DNA of 64,000 bases from Candidatus Latescibacterota bacterium. Lineage in GTDB: Bacteria > Latescibacterota > UBA2968 > GCA-2709665. The notes under the pieces are model-generated. The model was not told where the DNA came from. It ran no database searches and worked only from the letters and a program-made list of their open reading frames with translations. The DNA lies in the NCBI GenBank assembly GCA_965219455.1, contig OZ244744.1, forward strand, positions 4,960,001 through 5,024,000, read 5' to 3'. Positions 27,118-36,822 of this stretch are shown here, in pieces. The translations under genes and the position numbers were made by a program. The stretch's first letter is position 1. The number at the start of each line of letters is the position of its first letter.

Positions 27118-29508
27118 CTAAGGGCCCTGGTCGAAACGCTGCCCGAACACCTGAACGCCCCAGACCGATCCCTCCGCTTCGGCAACCGCCACCCCCACAT
27201 GCGTCCAGTGCTTCGCCAGGATATTCGCGCGGTGCCCCGCGCTCAGCATCCAGCCGGCGTGCATCGTTTCGACAAAATGCGTTCTCGCCACATTTTCACC
27301 CACGCGGTGGAAGGGCAACCGCCGGTAGGTCGCATGCCATCCCACGTCCAATCCTGTCATGGAAAAATGGGATATATAACCCATCGCAAGCATCTCTTCG
27401 AGCCGGATGCGCGCCACGTGCATCAACTCGGGATGTGGAAATACCGAACCCCGTCGAATCCGCTTCCGGGCCGCGTTGATTCGATCGATCAGAAACAACT
27501 GGGCGGCCTCGTTCCCCGGATATGGAGCAATTTCCAGGACTTTGTCTTCCAGGTCATCGGGATTGCCGACAATCACGGACTGGTGGGAAACCGTAAACGG
27601 ACGCGCTTTGGGCAATACAATCTGGACCTGTACGCGGCAATGCCCCGCCTCGCCGAACCGGAACCGCGTGTGAAACCGCCGTCCCCGCCTGCGCACGTCG
27701 CCTTTGATCGCGTCTCCGTCGGGTACGAGAAATGCCATCACGTTTATATCTTCCACCTCGCCATGGATCTGTCCCGACACGGTCAGTTGCTCGCCGACGG
27801 CGACCGCCTCCGGAAGCCGATCGACCGTTGCCAGGTCCGTTCTCAACCGCCCCGGATACCCGTAAGCGACGGGCATCCGGATTTCCATTCTTCCGTCCGG
27901 CCAGGAGGTGATTCTCTGGCCAAAGGGACCGGTCTCCACCAACCGCCTATCGGGAAACGTCTCCCGGGTCCCTCCTTTTGAGGTCACGTATTCGTCGGGG
28001 CGGACGGTACGCAAACTTCCCTCTCCGCGGGTTGCCAACCGGCCGTCGCCGCTCCGAATCGACGGGACACCCTCGCGCGGCGTCTCACGGGGATCTTTCT
28101 CCACCGGGATGCCCGCCGCCTGTCGCGAAGCGGGCCTTGCGGCCACACTGTCTGCGGGATCGGAATGAACGACGGAGCCATCGGCCAGTCGAGAGACGCG
28201 CCGTCCGTCCGGATACCTGGTGATTTCGTCGCCTTTTTCCGTAATGAGAACGCGCCGCCCGTCTGGATATATCTTTTTCAGGGATTTCCCGCCGATCAAT
28301 GTGATCACGCCGTTGGCGTCTTTAATCCACGTCGAACTGTCCGGAGCAACGCGGCGGGTTCCGCCGTCCGGCATCTTTTCAATTAAATCGCCGTCCACAT
28401 TGTGCCTGACTATCCGACCGTCGGTCGCCCGTTCCACCCGCCTTCCCGACGCCATTCTCCATTCCCGACGGCCGTCGGGATACGTGGTACGCACGTTCTT
28501 CCACCGGTCGGTGTACACAATCCGTCCGTCGGGAAACCGGTCTTCGGTGGCGCCGCTCGGAAACGCCACGTTGACCCGCCCATCGGGATACGTCGTGCGC
28601 ACGTTCTTCCACCGATCGGTGTACACAATTCGTCCGTCGGGAAACCGGTCTTCGGTGGCGCCGCTCGGTGACGCCACGCTGACCCGCCCGTCGGGATGCT
28701 GCCATCGCTGCCGCCCGTCCGGAAACGTCGTCAACACGCGTCCGTCCTTGAACCGGCGCCGGCGCATGCCTCTCCCGGGACGCGATGTCCTCCTCGGGGC
28801 CAGGAAATAGCCCTCTATCACGCGCCAATACCCGTGGGGCGGAAGCTGCAGACCTCCGTCACGCAGGTGTACCAGGGAGTTTACAGCCCGCCTGTGGATA
28901 GTGTGGGCGTCTTCAAGCGCTTGCAGGCTGTCCACGACCTCCTTGGTAAATCGCGCCAGGCGCGGATATTCTCCGGGATGCAGATGGATGTACAGATAGT
29001 GAAAGGCCGACACCGCCTTGGACGTATCGGGCGTTTCGAAAACCTTTCCGCGTCCCAGCATCAGCGCCACTTGGACGCCGCGTTCCGTCCACCCGGTCAC
29101 CAGGGCGCCCGAGGGAATCCGATAGATTCGATTCCCGTCGACCAGCCTGACGTCGTCCACGCGCCGAACCGTGTCCAATCGCACGTCATAAATGCGCCCG
29201 GGAATCCGAATCTCATCTCCGGGCGATATCTCAGGATTCTCCGACAGCGGAATCGTCACGTCTCCGATATCCACCACCCCGGACGTGTCCGCACGCCCGC
29301 GCGACACGTAGGCCTCGTCCAACAGCGCCTCCTCGGTTGCGCCGCCGGCATCCTCCAGATAATCCGCCGCCGGTCTGCCGGGCGCGTACCGGTACGCGCC
29401 CGGTTTCGTCACCGCGCCGGAAACCGTCACCTTCTCGTCCGGCTGGCATCCGACGAAAATCAGAGCAATTACCAGTATGGAATTTCGCAGAGGGCAATGG
29501 GGCGACAT
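27118..29508 (-). CDS. Lipoprotein with SLBB domain, PDG beta-hairpin (Tcp10/G-box-like) repeats and C-terminal CAP (SCP) domain
   Basis: Lipobox-like IFVGC; VTVSGAVTKPGAY...AGG (SLBB); many xPDGR units; GENVA...WMLSAGHRANIL...HVGVAV (CAP). Confidence 0.75.
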   Translation of the reverse strand: MSPHCPLRNSILVIALIFVGCQPDEKVTVSGAVTKPGAYRYAPGRPAADYLEDAGGATEEALLDEAYVSRGRADTSGVVDIGDVTIPLSENPEISPGDEIRIPGRIYDVRLDTVRRVDDVRLVDGNRIYRIPSGALVTGWTERGVQVALMLGRGKVFETPDTSKAVSAFHYLYIHLHPGEYPRLARFTKEVVDSLQALEDAHTIHRRAVNSLVHLRDGGLQLPPHGYWRVIEGYFLAPRRTSRPGRGMRRRRFKDGRVLTTFPDGRQRWQHPDGRVSVASPSGATEDRFPDGRIVYTDRWKNVRTTYPDGRVNVAFPSGATEDRFPDGRIVYTDRWKNVRTTYPDGRREWRMASGRRVERATDGRIVRHNVDGDLIEKMPDGGTRRVAPDSSTWIKDANGVITLIGGKSLKKIYPDGRRVLITEKGDEITRYPDGRRVSRLADGSVVHSDPADSVAARPASRQAAGIPVEKDPRETPREGVPSIRSGDGRLATRGEGSLRTVRPDEYVTSKGGTRETFPDRRLVETGPFGQRITSWPDGRMEIRMPVAYGYPGRLRTDLATVDRLPEAVAVGEQLTVSGQIHGEVEDINVMAFLVPDGDAIKGDVRRRGRRFHTRFRFGEAGHCRVQVQIVLPKARPFTVSHQSVIVGNPDDLEDKVLEIAPYPGNEAAQLFLIDRINAARKRIRRGSVFPHPELMHVARIRLEEMLAMGYISHFSMTGLDVGWHATYRRLPFHRVGENVARTHFVETMHAGWMLSAGHRANILAKHWTHVGVAVAEAEGSVWGVQVFGQRFDQGP
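28470..28695. repeat. Near-identical 108-bp (36-aa) tandem duplication inside the lipoprotein gene
   Basis: PSGATEDRFPDGRIVYTDRWKNVRTTYPDGR occurs twice; DNA offset 108 (28501 vs 28609); ends approximate. Confidence 0.9.
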
Positions 29509-29634
29509 CGTACGTGTCTCCGCATACGGGCGAAATTTATCGAAGTGTCACGGCCGTTTTCGGGGAACACCGGCCCATCCACGCGCGAGTTGCGGGTTGA
29601 CGCTCGTCCGTGGACTCCGGACGTGGCGGGTACG

Positions 29635-29667
29635 ACAAGACCCCCGGGGGACACCCGGGGGTCTTGT
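29635..29667. terminator. 14-bp perfect hairpin
   Basis: ACAAGACCCCCGGG-GGACA-CCCGGGGGTCTTGT. Confidence 0.6.
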
Positions 29668-30009
29668 ATCCGCGAACAGGTCACCGACAACTGGGGGAGG
29701 GAATCGGGCGGCCTGTCTGAATACCTCTTTACACTACCGCTTTTCGGCAGACTGGGATCTTCCTCTATTTATGGTATTGTCAATATCCGTCCGTCTTTGC
29801 TGGGCGGACACGGTGTGACGAGGATCCTCGTTCTCTCGTTCGAAAGGCTACCTTTCCGATGCCAACGCCGTGATATCCGTTGTTCGATGGGGGAAGTAGA
29901 ACAACGATGGCGCGGTGAACGTTAATAGCGACGCCGGCGAAGGGTTGGGCGGTTGCCTGATTTCGAGAGTCGGGCCTGCCGTTACAGAGTGCGCATTCCG
30001 CGGAGGTGC

Positions 30010-30339
30010 CTAACCCTTGACGCGATTCAGCGTCCTCTGTACTAGCACGGTGACCACACCGGCATACAGTGAGATGCTGGCCAGATCGACGATCATATCC
30101 AATTTCTCGCCGATTCCCGGGATGTGGCCAAGCACGTTCGCCATTCCCGCGCCGCCGACGGCAACTGCAAGCACGAGGTAGCCCGTTGCGTCCTCAGCGT
30201 CGATCGCAACGCCCGCATAGGCGAGACCCAAGATGACCAGTACGAGCGCCAAGATGCCTTCTCCCAGAATCATGTCGCCCGCCAGGCCCCCAATGATCGC
30301 ACCGAGGGCGATGAGACCTACGATAACTCTACCTGCCAT
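30010..30339 (-). CDS. Small hydrophobic membrane protein, function unknown
   Basis: 109 aa, 3-4 TM helices; GGAGG SD. Confidence 0.75.
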   Translation of the reverse strand: MAGRVIVGLIALGAIIGGLAGDMILGEGILALVLVILGLAYAGVAIDAEDATGYLVLAVAVGGAGMANVLGHIPGIGEKLDMIVDLASISLYAGVVTVLVQRTLNRVKG

Positions 30340-30724
30340 GTCTACCTCCCTGAAAATTAGTTACTTGCCGCGGCCCGTGGAAGATTGTGGCCGCAACGGT
30401 TACCGACGGGGCGGCGTGGGCGTCAGGTTTGCCTCCCCGTCACGAACATCTCACGAAAACACACTTCACGTCTCAGAATTGTTTAAGGATTTATATGAAT
30501 TCGGGGGGAGTGTCTTTGATCGTGCCGTCCAATCGGACTCACACGTTACCCTAATAAAAGAAATGGCACAAGCGTTGTCAAGTGAATTTATACCCGCACA
30601 CAGAAAAGCCAGTTTTCCACGGCGGGACCATGGTACACGATCCGGAGCGACGATACCGGCCGGGGGAGCCAGCCGCGAACACGGCAAAGCCGGAGGCGTT
30701 TTCTATCCTGCTCCGAAAGCACAG

Positions 30725-31411
30725 TCAGCCGCCCAGGATTTCCAGACAGGATCTCAGTCGCCGGTCGTGATCCGTGTATTGCATAAGCCACGCCGCGACT
30801 GTCTTGCCATCGGCCATCGTCGCTTCCGGATTCGCGCCGCTTTCCAGGAGATACCGCGTTGTTACCGCGTGTCCGTGTCCCGCGGCGCAGTACAGGGGGA
30901 AGTGACCGTTGTCCGAGGTGGCGTTGACGTCGGCGCCGTGGTCGACCAGGTTTCTGACGACGTCCAGGTCACCGTTCCGTGAGGCGTGGTGCAGGGCCGT
31001 GTCCCCGCGCGCGTAGCGCTCGCGCGCCAGCGCCGGGTTGTCGCGTAACATGGCGTGCACCCGTGCGGCGTTGGCCAGGAATACCGCGTAGATAAACTGG
31101 CGCGCGGCTTCGCCCGCCGGATTCGTATGCGCGTCCAATGCGCCGTACGCGACCAGCAACGAGACGACGTCTTTATTGTCGGGTACTTCGGCCGCGTAGT
31201 GCATCGCATCGCCGTCGTGAGCCGCCAGGTCGGCGCCGCGGTCGATTAGATACTGAACGATTTCGAGGCGGCGGCGCAAGCCGGCGTGGAAGATGGGGCG
31301 CCATCCGTGCCGGTCGTCCTGGTCGACCGCCCAGGGCCGTTCCTCGACCATTTTTTTCAATGTGTCGAGGTCTCCTCTGCCTGCGGCTTCGTGGATGGAA
31401 TCGGGCTCCAT
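30725..31411 (-). CDS. Ankyrin repeat protein
   Basis: GDTALHHASRNGDLDVV...GADVN, GHFPLYCAAGHGH. Confidence 0.9.
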   Translation of the reverse strand: MEPDSIHEAAGRGDLDTLKKMVEERPWAVDQDDRHGWRPIFHAGLRRRLEIVQYLIDRGADLAAHDGDAMHYAAEVPDNKDVVSLLVAYGALDAHTNPAGEAARQFIYAVFLANAARVHAMLRDNPALARERYARGDTALHHASRNGDLDVVRNLVDHGADVNATSDNGHFPLYCAAGHGHAVTTRYLLESGANPEATMADGKTVAAWLMQYTDHDRRLRSCLEILGG

Positions 31412-31568
31412 CGTCGTCCTCCACTCGATCGTCCCGTTAAACCGCCGCCGGTGAATGCCGCGACGCGGGCGTCAACGTGCTGCAAGATAGGGTGCGGGTG
31501 GGACGGGAACAAGGAAAATGCCGCCGCGCGTTATTTGTTTTCAATCCTTGGGAACAGGGCGGCGGTTC

Positions 31569-31597
31569 TTGACGTTTTTTTGTCGATTGTCTATATT
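31569..31597 (+). promoter_or_regulatory. Sigma70-like promoter of recG
   Basis: TTGACG-N17-TATATT. Confidence 0.6.
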
Positions 31598-31756
31598 CGC
31601 ACGATCTGCTGTATCCCGGTTGCACCGGTTGGACGCGAGCGCGGAACCACCCCGTGCGCCGTCACCGTGACCGCAACCGTTGGCGTGCCGAAACGCGGGT
31701 TGTCGGGATGCGGCAGCGCGTCCGCTTGTTCCCCCGATTTCACGAAAGGCCCGTCA

Positions 31757-33838
31757 ATGTTTCCCGAACTGGACGTTCCCGTGAGCACCGTGCGCGGCGT
31801 TGGCGAAAAACGCGAGGGTTTGCTGCGCGAGGTCGGGATTTCAACCCTTGCGGATCTCCTCCTCTTCCTGCCGTATCGGTACGTGGATCGCACGCGGCAG
31901 TCGCCCATAGCGGATCTTCCGATGGGCGTGGAGGTCACTGCCGTCGCCGCGGTTCGCAGCGCCAACGCGGTTCCGGGCCGGCGGCCCCGGTTCATTCTCG
32001 TGCTGGAAGACGAATCGGGCACGCTGGAATGCGTCTGGTTTTCAGGGCATCGATATCTCCGACAGGCGTTCGCCCCCGGCGACCTCCTGGCGGTCGGGGG
32101 CAAGGTGACCCGGTTCGGCCGCAAACGGCAGGTGGTCCACCCCGACGTCGAGGTGATTTCCGAGCGCGACGAGGGAACACGGGTCCATACGGGGCGCGTG
32201 ATCCCCGTCTATACGACAACGGCGCGTATGAAGGAAGAGCGCCTCACCAGCCGCGGTTTGCGCCGCGTCATCTACCAGGCGCTGGAAGACGTAAACCTGG
32301 TGGACCCGTTGCCGGAGCCGATGAGGGCCCGCTACGGGTCGCTCTCGCTCGACGAGGCCGTGAGAAAGCTTCATTTTCCTGATACCGGACAGGAAGTGGA
32401 GGCGGCCCGCCGCAGGTTGGCGTTCGATGAACTGCTTTATTTTCAATTGCGGCTACGGGCATTGGAGCCCGGCGGAAACGAGCGGCAGGGGCCCGCATTT
32501 CCAGCATCCGGCCCTCTGGCCGCACAATTGATGGGGACATTGCCCTTCATCCCGACCGGAGCCCAGCGCCGCGCGCTTCAGGAGATTGGCGGGGACCTCG
32601 CCCGCGGCAGGCCGATGCGCCGGCTGCTGCAGGGTGACGTGGGGTCGGGCAAGACCCTCGTGGCGGCGGCGGCCATGCTGACGGTGGTGGACGGCGGCGC
32701 TCAGGCGGCGCTGATGACCCCCACCGAGATTCTGGCGGCGCAGCACGCAGCAACCATCCACGCCCTCACGGCCCCGCTGGGGCTTACGGTCGCGTGCCTT
32801 ACCGGACGGCAGGCTCAGCGTGAGCGCCGCGAGACCCTCGAAGGTCTGGCCTCGGGCCGTATCCATCTGGTGGTGGGCACGCATGCGCTCCTGCAGGCGG
32901 GCGTGGTTTTCGCCAGGTTGGGGCTCGCGGTGGTGGACGAGCAGCATCGATTCGGCGTGTTGCAACGCGCCGCGCTATTGGAGAAGGAAGCGGGCACCCA
33001 CCTGCTGGTGATGACGGCAACGCCCATTCCCCGGTCCCTGGCCCTGACGCTGTATGGCGACCTGGACGTGACGACTATTGACGAACTTCCGCCCGGACGC
33101 CGGCCGGTGAAAACCGGATGGCGCACCGCCGCGGACAGGCAGAAAGCCTATCGCTTTCTGCGCGAACAGGTGTCGGAGGGCGGGCAGGCCTTTATCGTTT
33201 TCCCGATAATCGAAGAATCCGGAGCGAGGGACGTCAGGGCCGCCGCCGCTGCATTCGAGGAATTGCGGGACGGCGTCCTGTCGGGGCTGAGGCTGGGGTT
33301 GCTGCACGGCCGGCTTCCACCCGCGGAGAAGGAAGCGGTAATGGCCGCGTTCCGGAAGGGCGGCCTGGAAGTCCTGGTGTCCACAACGGTGATTGAGGTC
33401 GGGGTGGACGTTCCCAACGCGACGGTGATGATGGTTGAACACGCGGAGCGCTTCGGGCTGGCGCAACTGCACCAGCTTAGAGGCCGGGTGGGCCGCGGGA
33501 CCACCCGTTCGTATTGTATCCTGATTACCGACCCTGAGGGTGAACTCACACCCGACGCGCGCGCCAGGCTGGACGCCATGGCCGCCACCGGCGACGGGTT
33601 CGAAATCGCCGAGATGGATCTGAAGATCCGCGGGCCCGGACAGATCTTCGGTACCCTGCAGGCGGGGTATCCCGAGTTTCGTTTCGCCGATCTGACACGG
33701 GACCTGGACCTGGTCAGGTCGGCCCGTGGGGAAGCGCTCCGCCTTCTGGACAAGGATCCGAACCTCGAAAGCCATAAGGCGTTGCGCCGGTGCGTGGAAT
33801 CCGTGAACCTGGACGGGCGGACGGGGCACGCGGGGTGA
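31757..33838 (+). CDS. recG: ATP-dependent DNA helicase RecG
   Basis: RLLQGDVGSGKT, DEQHRFG, MTATPIPR, QLHQLRGRVGRG, DGFEIAEMDL; start moved to ATG 31757. Confidence 0.97.
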   Translation: MFPELDVPVSTVRGVGEKREGLLREVGISTLADLLLFLPYRYVDRTRQSPIADLPMGVEVTAVAAVRSANAVPGRRPRFILVLEDESGTLECVWFSGHRYLRQAFAPGDLLAVGGKVTRFGRKRQVVHPDVEVISERDEGTRVHTGRVIPVYTTTARMKEERLTSRGLRRVIYQALEDVNLVDPLPEPMRARYGSLSLDEAVRKLHFPDTGQEVEAARRRLAFDELLYFQLRLRALEPGGNERQGPAFPASGPLAAQLMGTLPFIPTGAQRRALQEIGGDLARGRPMRRLLQGDVGSGKTLVAAAAMLTVVDGGAQAALMTPTEILAAQHAATIHALTAPLGLTVACLTGRQAQRERRETLEGLASGRIHLVVGTHALLQAGVVFARLGLAVVDEQHRFGVLQRAALLEKEAGTHLLVMTATPIPRSLALTLYGDLDVTTIDELPPGRRPVKTGWRTAADRQKAYRFLREQVSEGGQAFIVFPIIEESGARDVRAAAAAFEELRDGVLSGLRLGLLHGRLPPAEKEAVMAAFRKGGLEVLVSTTVIEVGVDVPNATVMMVEHAERFGLAQLHQLRGRVGRGTTRSYCILITDPEGELTPDARARLDAMAATGDGFEIAEMDLKIRGPGQIFGTLQAGYPEFRFADLTRDLDLVRSARGEALRLLDKDPNLESHKALRRCVESVNLDGRTGHAG

Positions 33839-33893
33839 CTGGGGCGGCGATCGGATGGCGGCGCCGGACGGTTCGATTGACGGGGGATTGGGG

Positions 33894-33922
33894 TTGACAC
33901 CTACCGGGATTTGTGGTACATT
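33894..33922 (+). promoter_or_regulatory. Sigma70-like promoter
   Basis: TTGACA-N17-TACATT. Confidence 0.6.
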
Positions 33923-33949
33923 CAAAAACTATCCCCGGTGAGGTGGACA

Positions 33950-34873
33950 ATGTCAGGAAACGCGCGCCGTATTGCGGTGGTCGGTTCAATTAACCGGGAT
34001 ACGATTTGTACGCCCGACGGGACCCGCACTGAAAGCTACGGCGGCATCCTGTACAGCATCGCGGCGCTGGCCGAGGTAGGGCCCGCCACGATCTTTCCGG
34101 TGTGCAACGTGGGCAGAGACGTCGAAGTCGCGGTTCGTCTGTTGCTGGGTTCCAGCGCGTCCGTGCGGCTGGATGGCGTGCGGTTCGTTCCCGAGCGGAA
34201 TCCCCACTGTTTTCTGACGTACGATTCCCGAAACCGGAAGCAGGAAACGCTTCTGGGCGGCGTACCGGTACTGACGGTTCAGCGGCTTCTGCCTTTTCTG
34301 GGCTGCGACGCGATCTGTTTCAATTTCATCACCGGAATGGAACTTGAACTGCAGACGATGCAGGCCTTCCGGCGCGCGGCCCTCGGCCTCGTGCTGATGG
34401 ACGTGCATAGTCTCACGCTGGGTATCAACGGGAATCGCCGCAGGTTTTTTCGCGTGCCGCCGCGCTGGGAGGCGTGGCTGGGCTGCGCCGACGTTGTGCA
34501 GCTGAACGAACGCGAAGGCGCATTGCTGGCAGGCGAGGCCCTGAATAGCGAAAAGGCCACCCGGAAATTCGGCGAGCGTGTTCTGGCCCTGGGTCCGAAG
34601 TTGCTGTTGATTACCCGCGGCGAACACGGGGCCGATTCGGTCGCCAGGAATCCGCGGGGCGCGGTTGAAGTCCGGCGTTACCCGTCCAGGACCGCGGATG
34701 TTCCCGTCGACGAGACCGGATGTGGAGACGCGTTCCTGATGGGTTTTACGTGGTCGTTTCTGCAAACGGGCAGTGTGGCCACGGCGAGCCGGTTTGCCAA
34801 CCGTGTCGCGGGCATCACGTGTTGCCTCCGGGGCGTCGAGCAGATGCGTCGGATCCGTGATTATCTACAATAA
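33950..34873 (+). CDS. PfkB family carbohydrate kinase
   Basis: VVGSINRD, LNEREG, ITRGEHG, DETGCGDAF. Confidence 0.9.
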   Translation: MSGNARRIAVVGSINRDTICTPDGTRTESYGGILYSIAALAEVGPATIFPVCNVGRDVEVAVRLLLGSSASVRLDGVRFVPERNPHCFLTYDSRNRKQETLLGGVPVLTVQRLLPFLGCDAICFNFITGMELELQTMQAFRRAALGLVLMDVHSLTLGINGNRRRFFRVPPRWEAWLGCADVVQLNEREGALLAGEALNSEKATRKFGERVLALGPKLLLITRGEHGADSVARNPRGAVEVRRYPSRTADVPVDETGCGDAFLMGFTWSFLQTGSVATASRFANRVAGITCCLRGVEQMRRIRDYLQ

Positions 34874-34954
34874 AGACGTTCGCACGCCGTTTTGTCTCCT
34901 TCCGGCGGCATACCATGAGGGTGTTGCCGACCATTTTCTCGAGGGGTTTGTCCT

Positions 34955-35962
34955 ATGCAACAATATGATTTTCCGGGTCGGCCGAGCTTCGACCTGTCCT
35001 TCAGCCCTCGGCTGGTCTACTACGGGCTGGGCATTCTGGCCCTGTTGTGGCTTGTCAGCGGGGTCTACATCGTGCAGCCGGCCGAACAGGCGGTGGTATT
35101 GCGGTTCGGGAACTCCATGGGGGTGTCGGAGCCCGGTATTCACTACCGTTTGCCCTGGCCGATCGAGTCGGCGGAAATCGAGAAGGTAAGTGAGGTGAAG
35201 CGGGTGGAGATCGGGTTCCGGACCATCGCTGTGGAACCGGCGCCCCGGTATCAGACCGTGAGCAGGGAGGCGTCCATGCTCACCGGCGACGAGAATATGG
35301 TGAACGTCGAGCTGATCGTTCAGTATCGAATCAGCGACATTGAAGACTATGTGTTCAACGTCAATGACCAGGTGCATGCCGTCCGAAGCGTGGTGGAAGC
35401 GGCGGTTCGCCAGGTGGTGGGGCGGTCGGCAATTGACGAGGCGCTCACCGAAGGAAAATTCAAGATCCAGAGTGAGATCGAGCAGCAGGTTAAAGACGTC
35501 TTCGAACTCTACCAGATCGGTTTGCACGTGGAGAACGTGAAGCTGCAGACGGTGTCGGTGCCGCGCGAGGTGGACCATGCATTTAAAGACGTTGCCAGCG
35601 CCCGGGAGGATAGAGAGCGGCTGCGCAACGAGGCCGAAGCCTATCAGAACGAAGTGATCCCGAGGGCGCGGGGCGAGGCCCAGAAAATGCTCCGGGGGGC
35701 GGAGGCGTATACGGTCGAGCGGGTCAAGCGGTCTCAGGGTGACGCGGAACGTTTCCTGGAGGTGCTAAAGGAATACCGCAAGGCCAAAGACGTGACCGAA
35801 GTACGGCTTTACCTGGAAACGATGGAGAAGATTCTGCCCGATATCCAGAAATTCGTGATCGAGTCCGATGGCAAGGGGAGCGGTTTTATGAATCTGCTGA
35901 ATTTGCAGCCCAACACGCTGAGAACCGCAGAGCCGAAGACAGCAGGGGGGAACCAGCGATGA
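34955..35962 (+). CDS. hflK: FtsH protease modulator HflK
   Basis: SPFH domain, MLTGDENMV, EAEAYQNEVIPRARGEA, RLYLETMEKIL. Confidence 0.95.
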   Translation: MQQYDFPGRPSFDLSFSPRLVYYGLGILALLWLVSGVYIVQPAEQAVVLRFGNSMGVSEPGIHYRLPWPIESAEIEKVSEVKRVEIGFRTIAVEPAPRYQTVSREASMLTGDENMVNVELIVQYRISDIEDYVFNVNDQVHAVRSVVEAAVRQVVGRSAIDEALTEGKFKIQSEIEQQVKDVFELYQIGLHVENVKLQTVSVPREVDHAFKDVASAREDRERLRNEAEAYQNEVIPRARGEAQKMLRGAEAYTVERVKRSQGDAERFLEVLKEYRKAKDVTEVRLYLETMEKILPDIQKFVIESDGKGSGFMNLLNLQPNTLRTAEPKTAGGNQR

Positions 35963-36822
35963 AATCGATAATTAAACTGATTGTGGCGGTCGTGGCGGTG
36001 GGGCTGCTGATCGAATCGGTACTCTTTACGGTGGACGAGCGCGAACAAGTGGTCGTAACCCGGCTGGGCGAGCCCAGGCGCACCATCCAGAGCCCTGGCC
36101 TGTATTGGAAAGTACCGTTTGTCGAACGGCTTCACTCCTTCGATGACCGTCTGCTGTATAGCGATGCCGAACCGGCGCCCATTTACACGTCGGACAAAAA
36201 GAACCTGATTGTGGACAATTTCGCCAGGTGGCGTATCGTCAACCCGCTGAAATTCCTGAAGTCCGTGCAGACGGTCCGCGGCGCCCAATCCCGCCTGGAC
36301 GATATCATCTATGCGGCCGTGCGGGAGGAGTTGGGCAGGCGGACGCTCACTGAGATCGTTTCCGGGAATCGGAAAGCGATTATGGATAAGGTCACGGAGC
36401 GATCGCGCCAGGACGCCGAGGAACTGGGCGTGGACGTGGTGGACGTGCGTGTTAAACGCGCCGACTTGCCGGAGGAGAACAAAAAGAACGTGTTCGACCG
36501 GATGAGGGCCGAGCGTGCCCGGCAGGCCAAGGAGTATCGCGCCGAGGGCGAAGAGGTGGCCCTCAAGATCCGCGCCGAAACCGACCTGGAGGTCACGCGG
36601 ATCACGTCCGACGCGTTTCACAAGTCGCAACTGACCCGGGGCCAGGGCGATGCCGAGGCGCTGGCAATTTATGCGCAGGCATTTCAGAAAGACCCGCGGT
36701 TCTATGAGTTCCAGCGCACGCTCGAGGCCTACGAACGCACGCTCACGCAGGGCAACACCACGGTTGTGTTACCCCTGCGCACGGACTTCTTCAAGTTTCT
36801 GGGTCACAGGAAAAAACGATGA
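35959..36822 (+). CDS. hflC: FtsH protease modulator HflC
   Basis: DKKNLIVD, RMRAER, DPRFYEFQRTLEAY; ATGA overlap with hflK. Confidence 0.95.
   Translation: MKSIIKLIVAVVAVGLLIESVLFTVDEREQVVVTRLGEPRRTIQSPGLYWKVPFVERLHSFDDRLLYSDAEPAPIYTSDKKNLIVDNFARWRIVNPLKFLKSVQTVRGAQSRLDDIIYAAVREELGRRTLTEIVSGNRKAIMDKVTERSRQDAEELGVDVVDVRVKRADLPEENKKNVFDRMRAERARQAKEYRAEGEEVALKIRAETDLEVTRITSDAFHKSQLTRGQGDAEALAIYAQAFQKDPRFYEFQRTLEAYERTLTQGNTTVVLPLRTDFFKFLGHRKKR

Noticed and set aside
28470-28695. Possible CRISPR array
   Set aside because: In-frame 108-bp coding duplication with no spacers; no cas genes or repeat-spacer arrays seen in the window
30375-30445. GGCAAACC upstream of the small membrane gene as a c-di-GMP-I riboswitch
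   Set aside because: The GNRA loop and GCAAAGC-type second stem are missing
31286-31756. N-terminal extension of RecG
   Set aside because: Spans the promoter and overlaps the divergent ankyrin gene; homology starts near 31757
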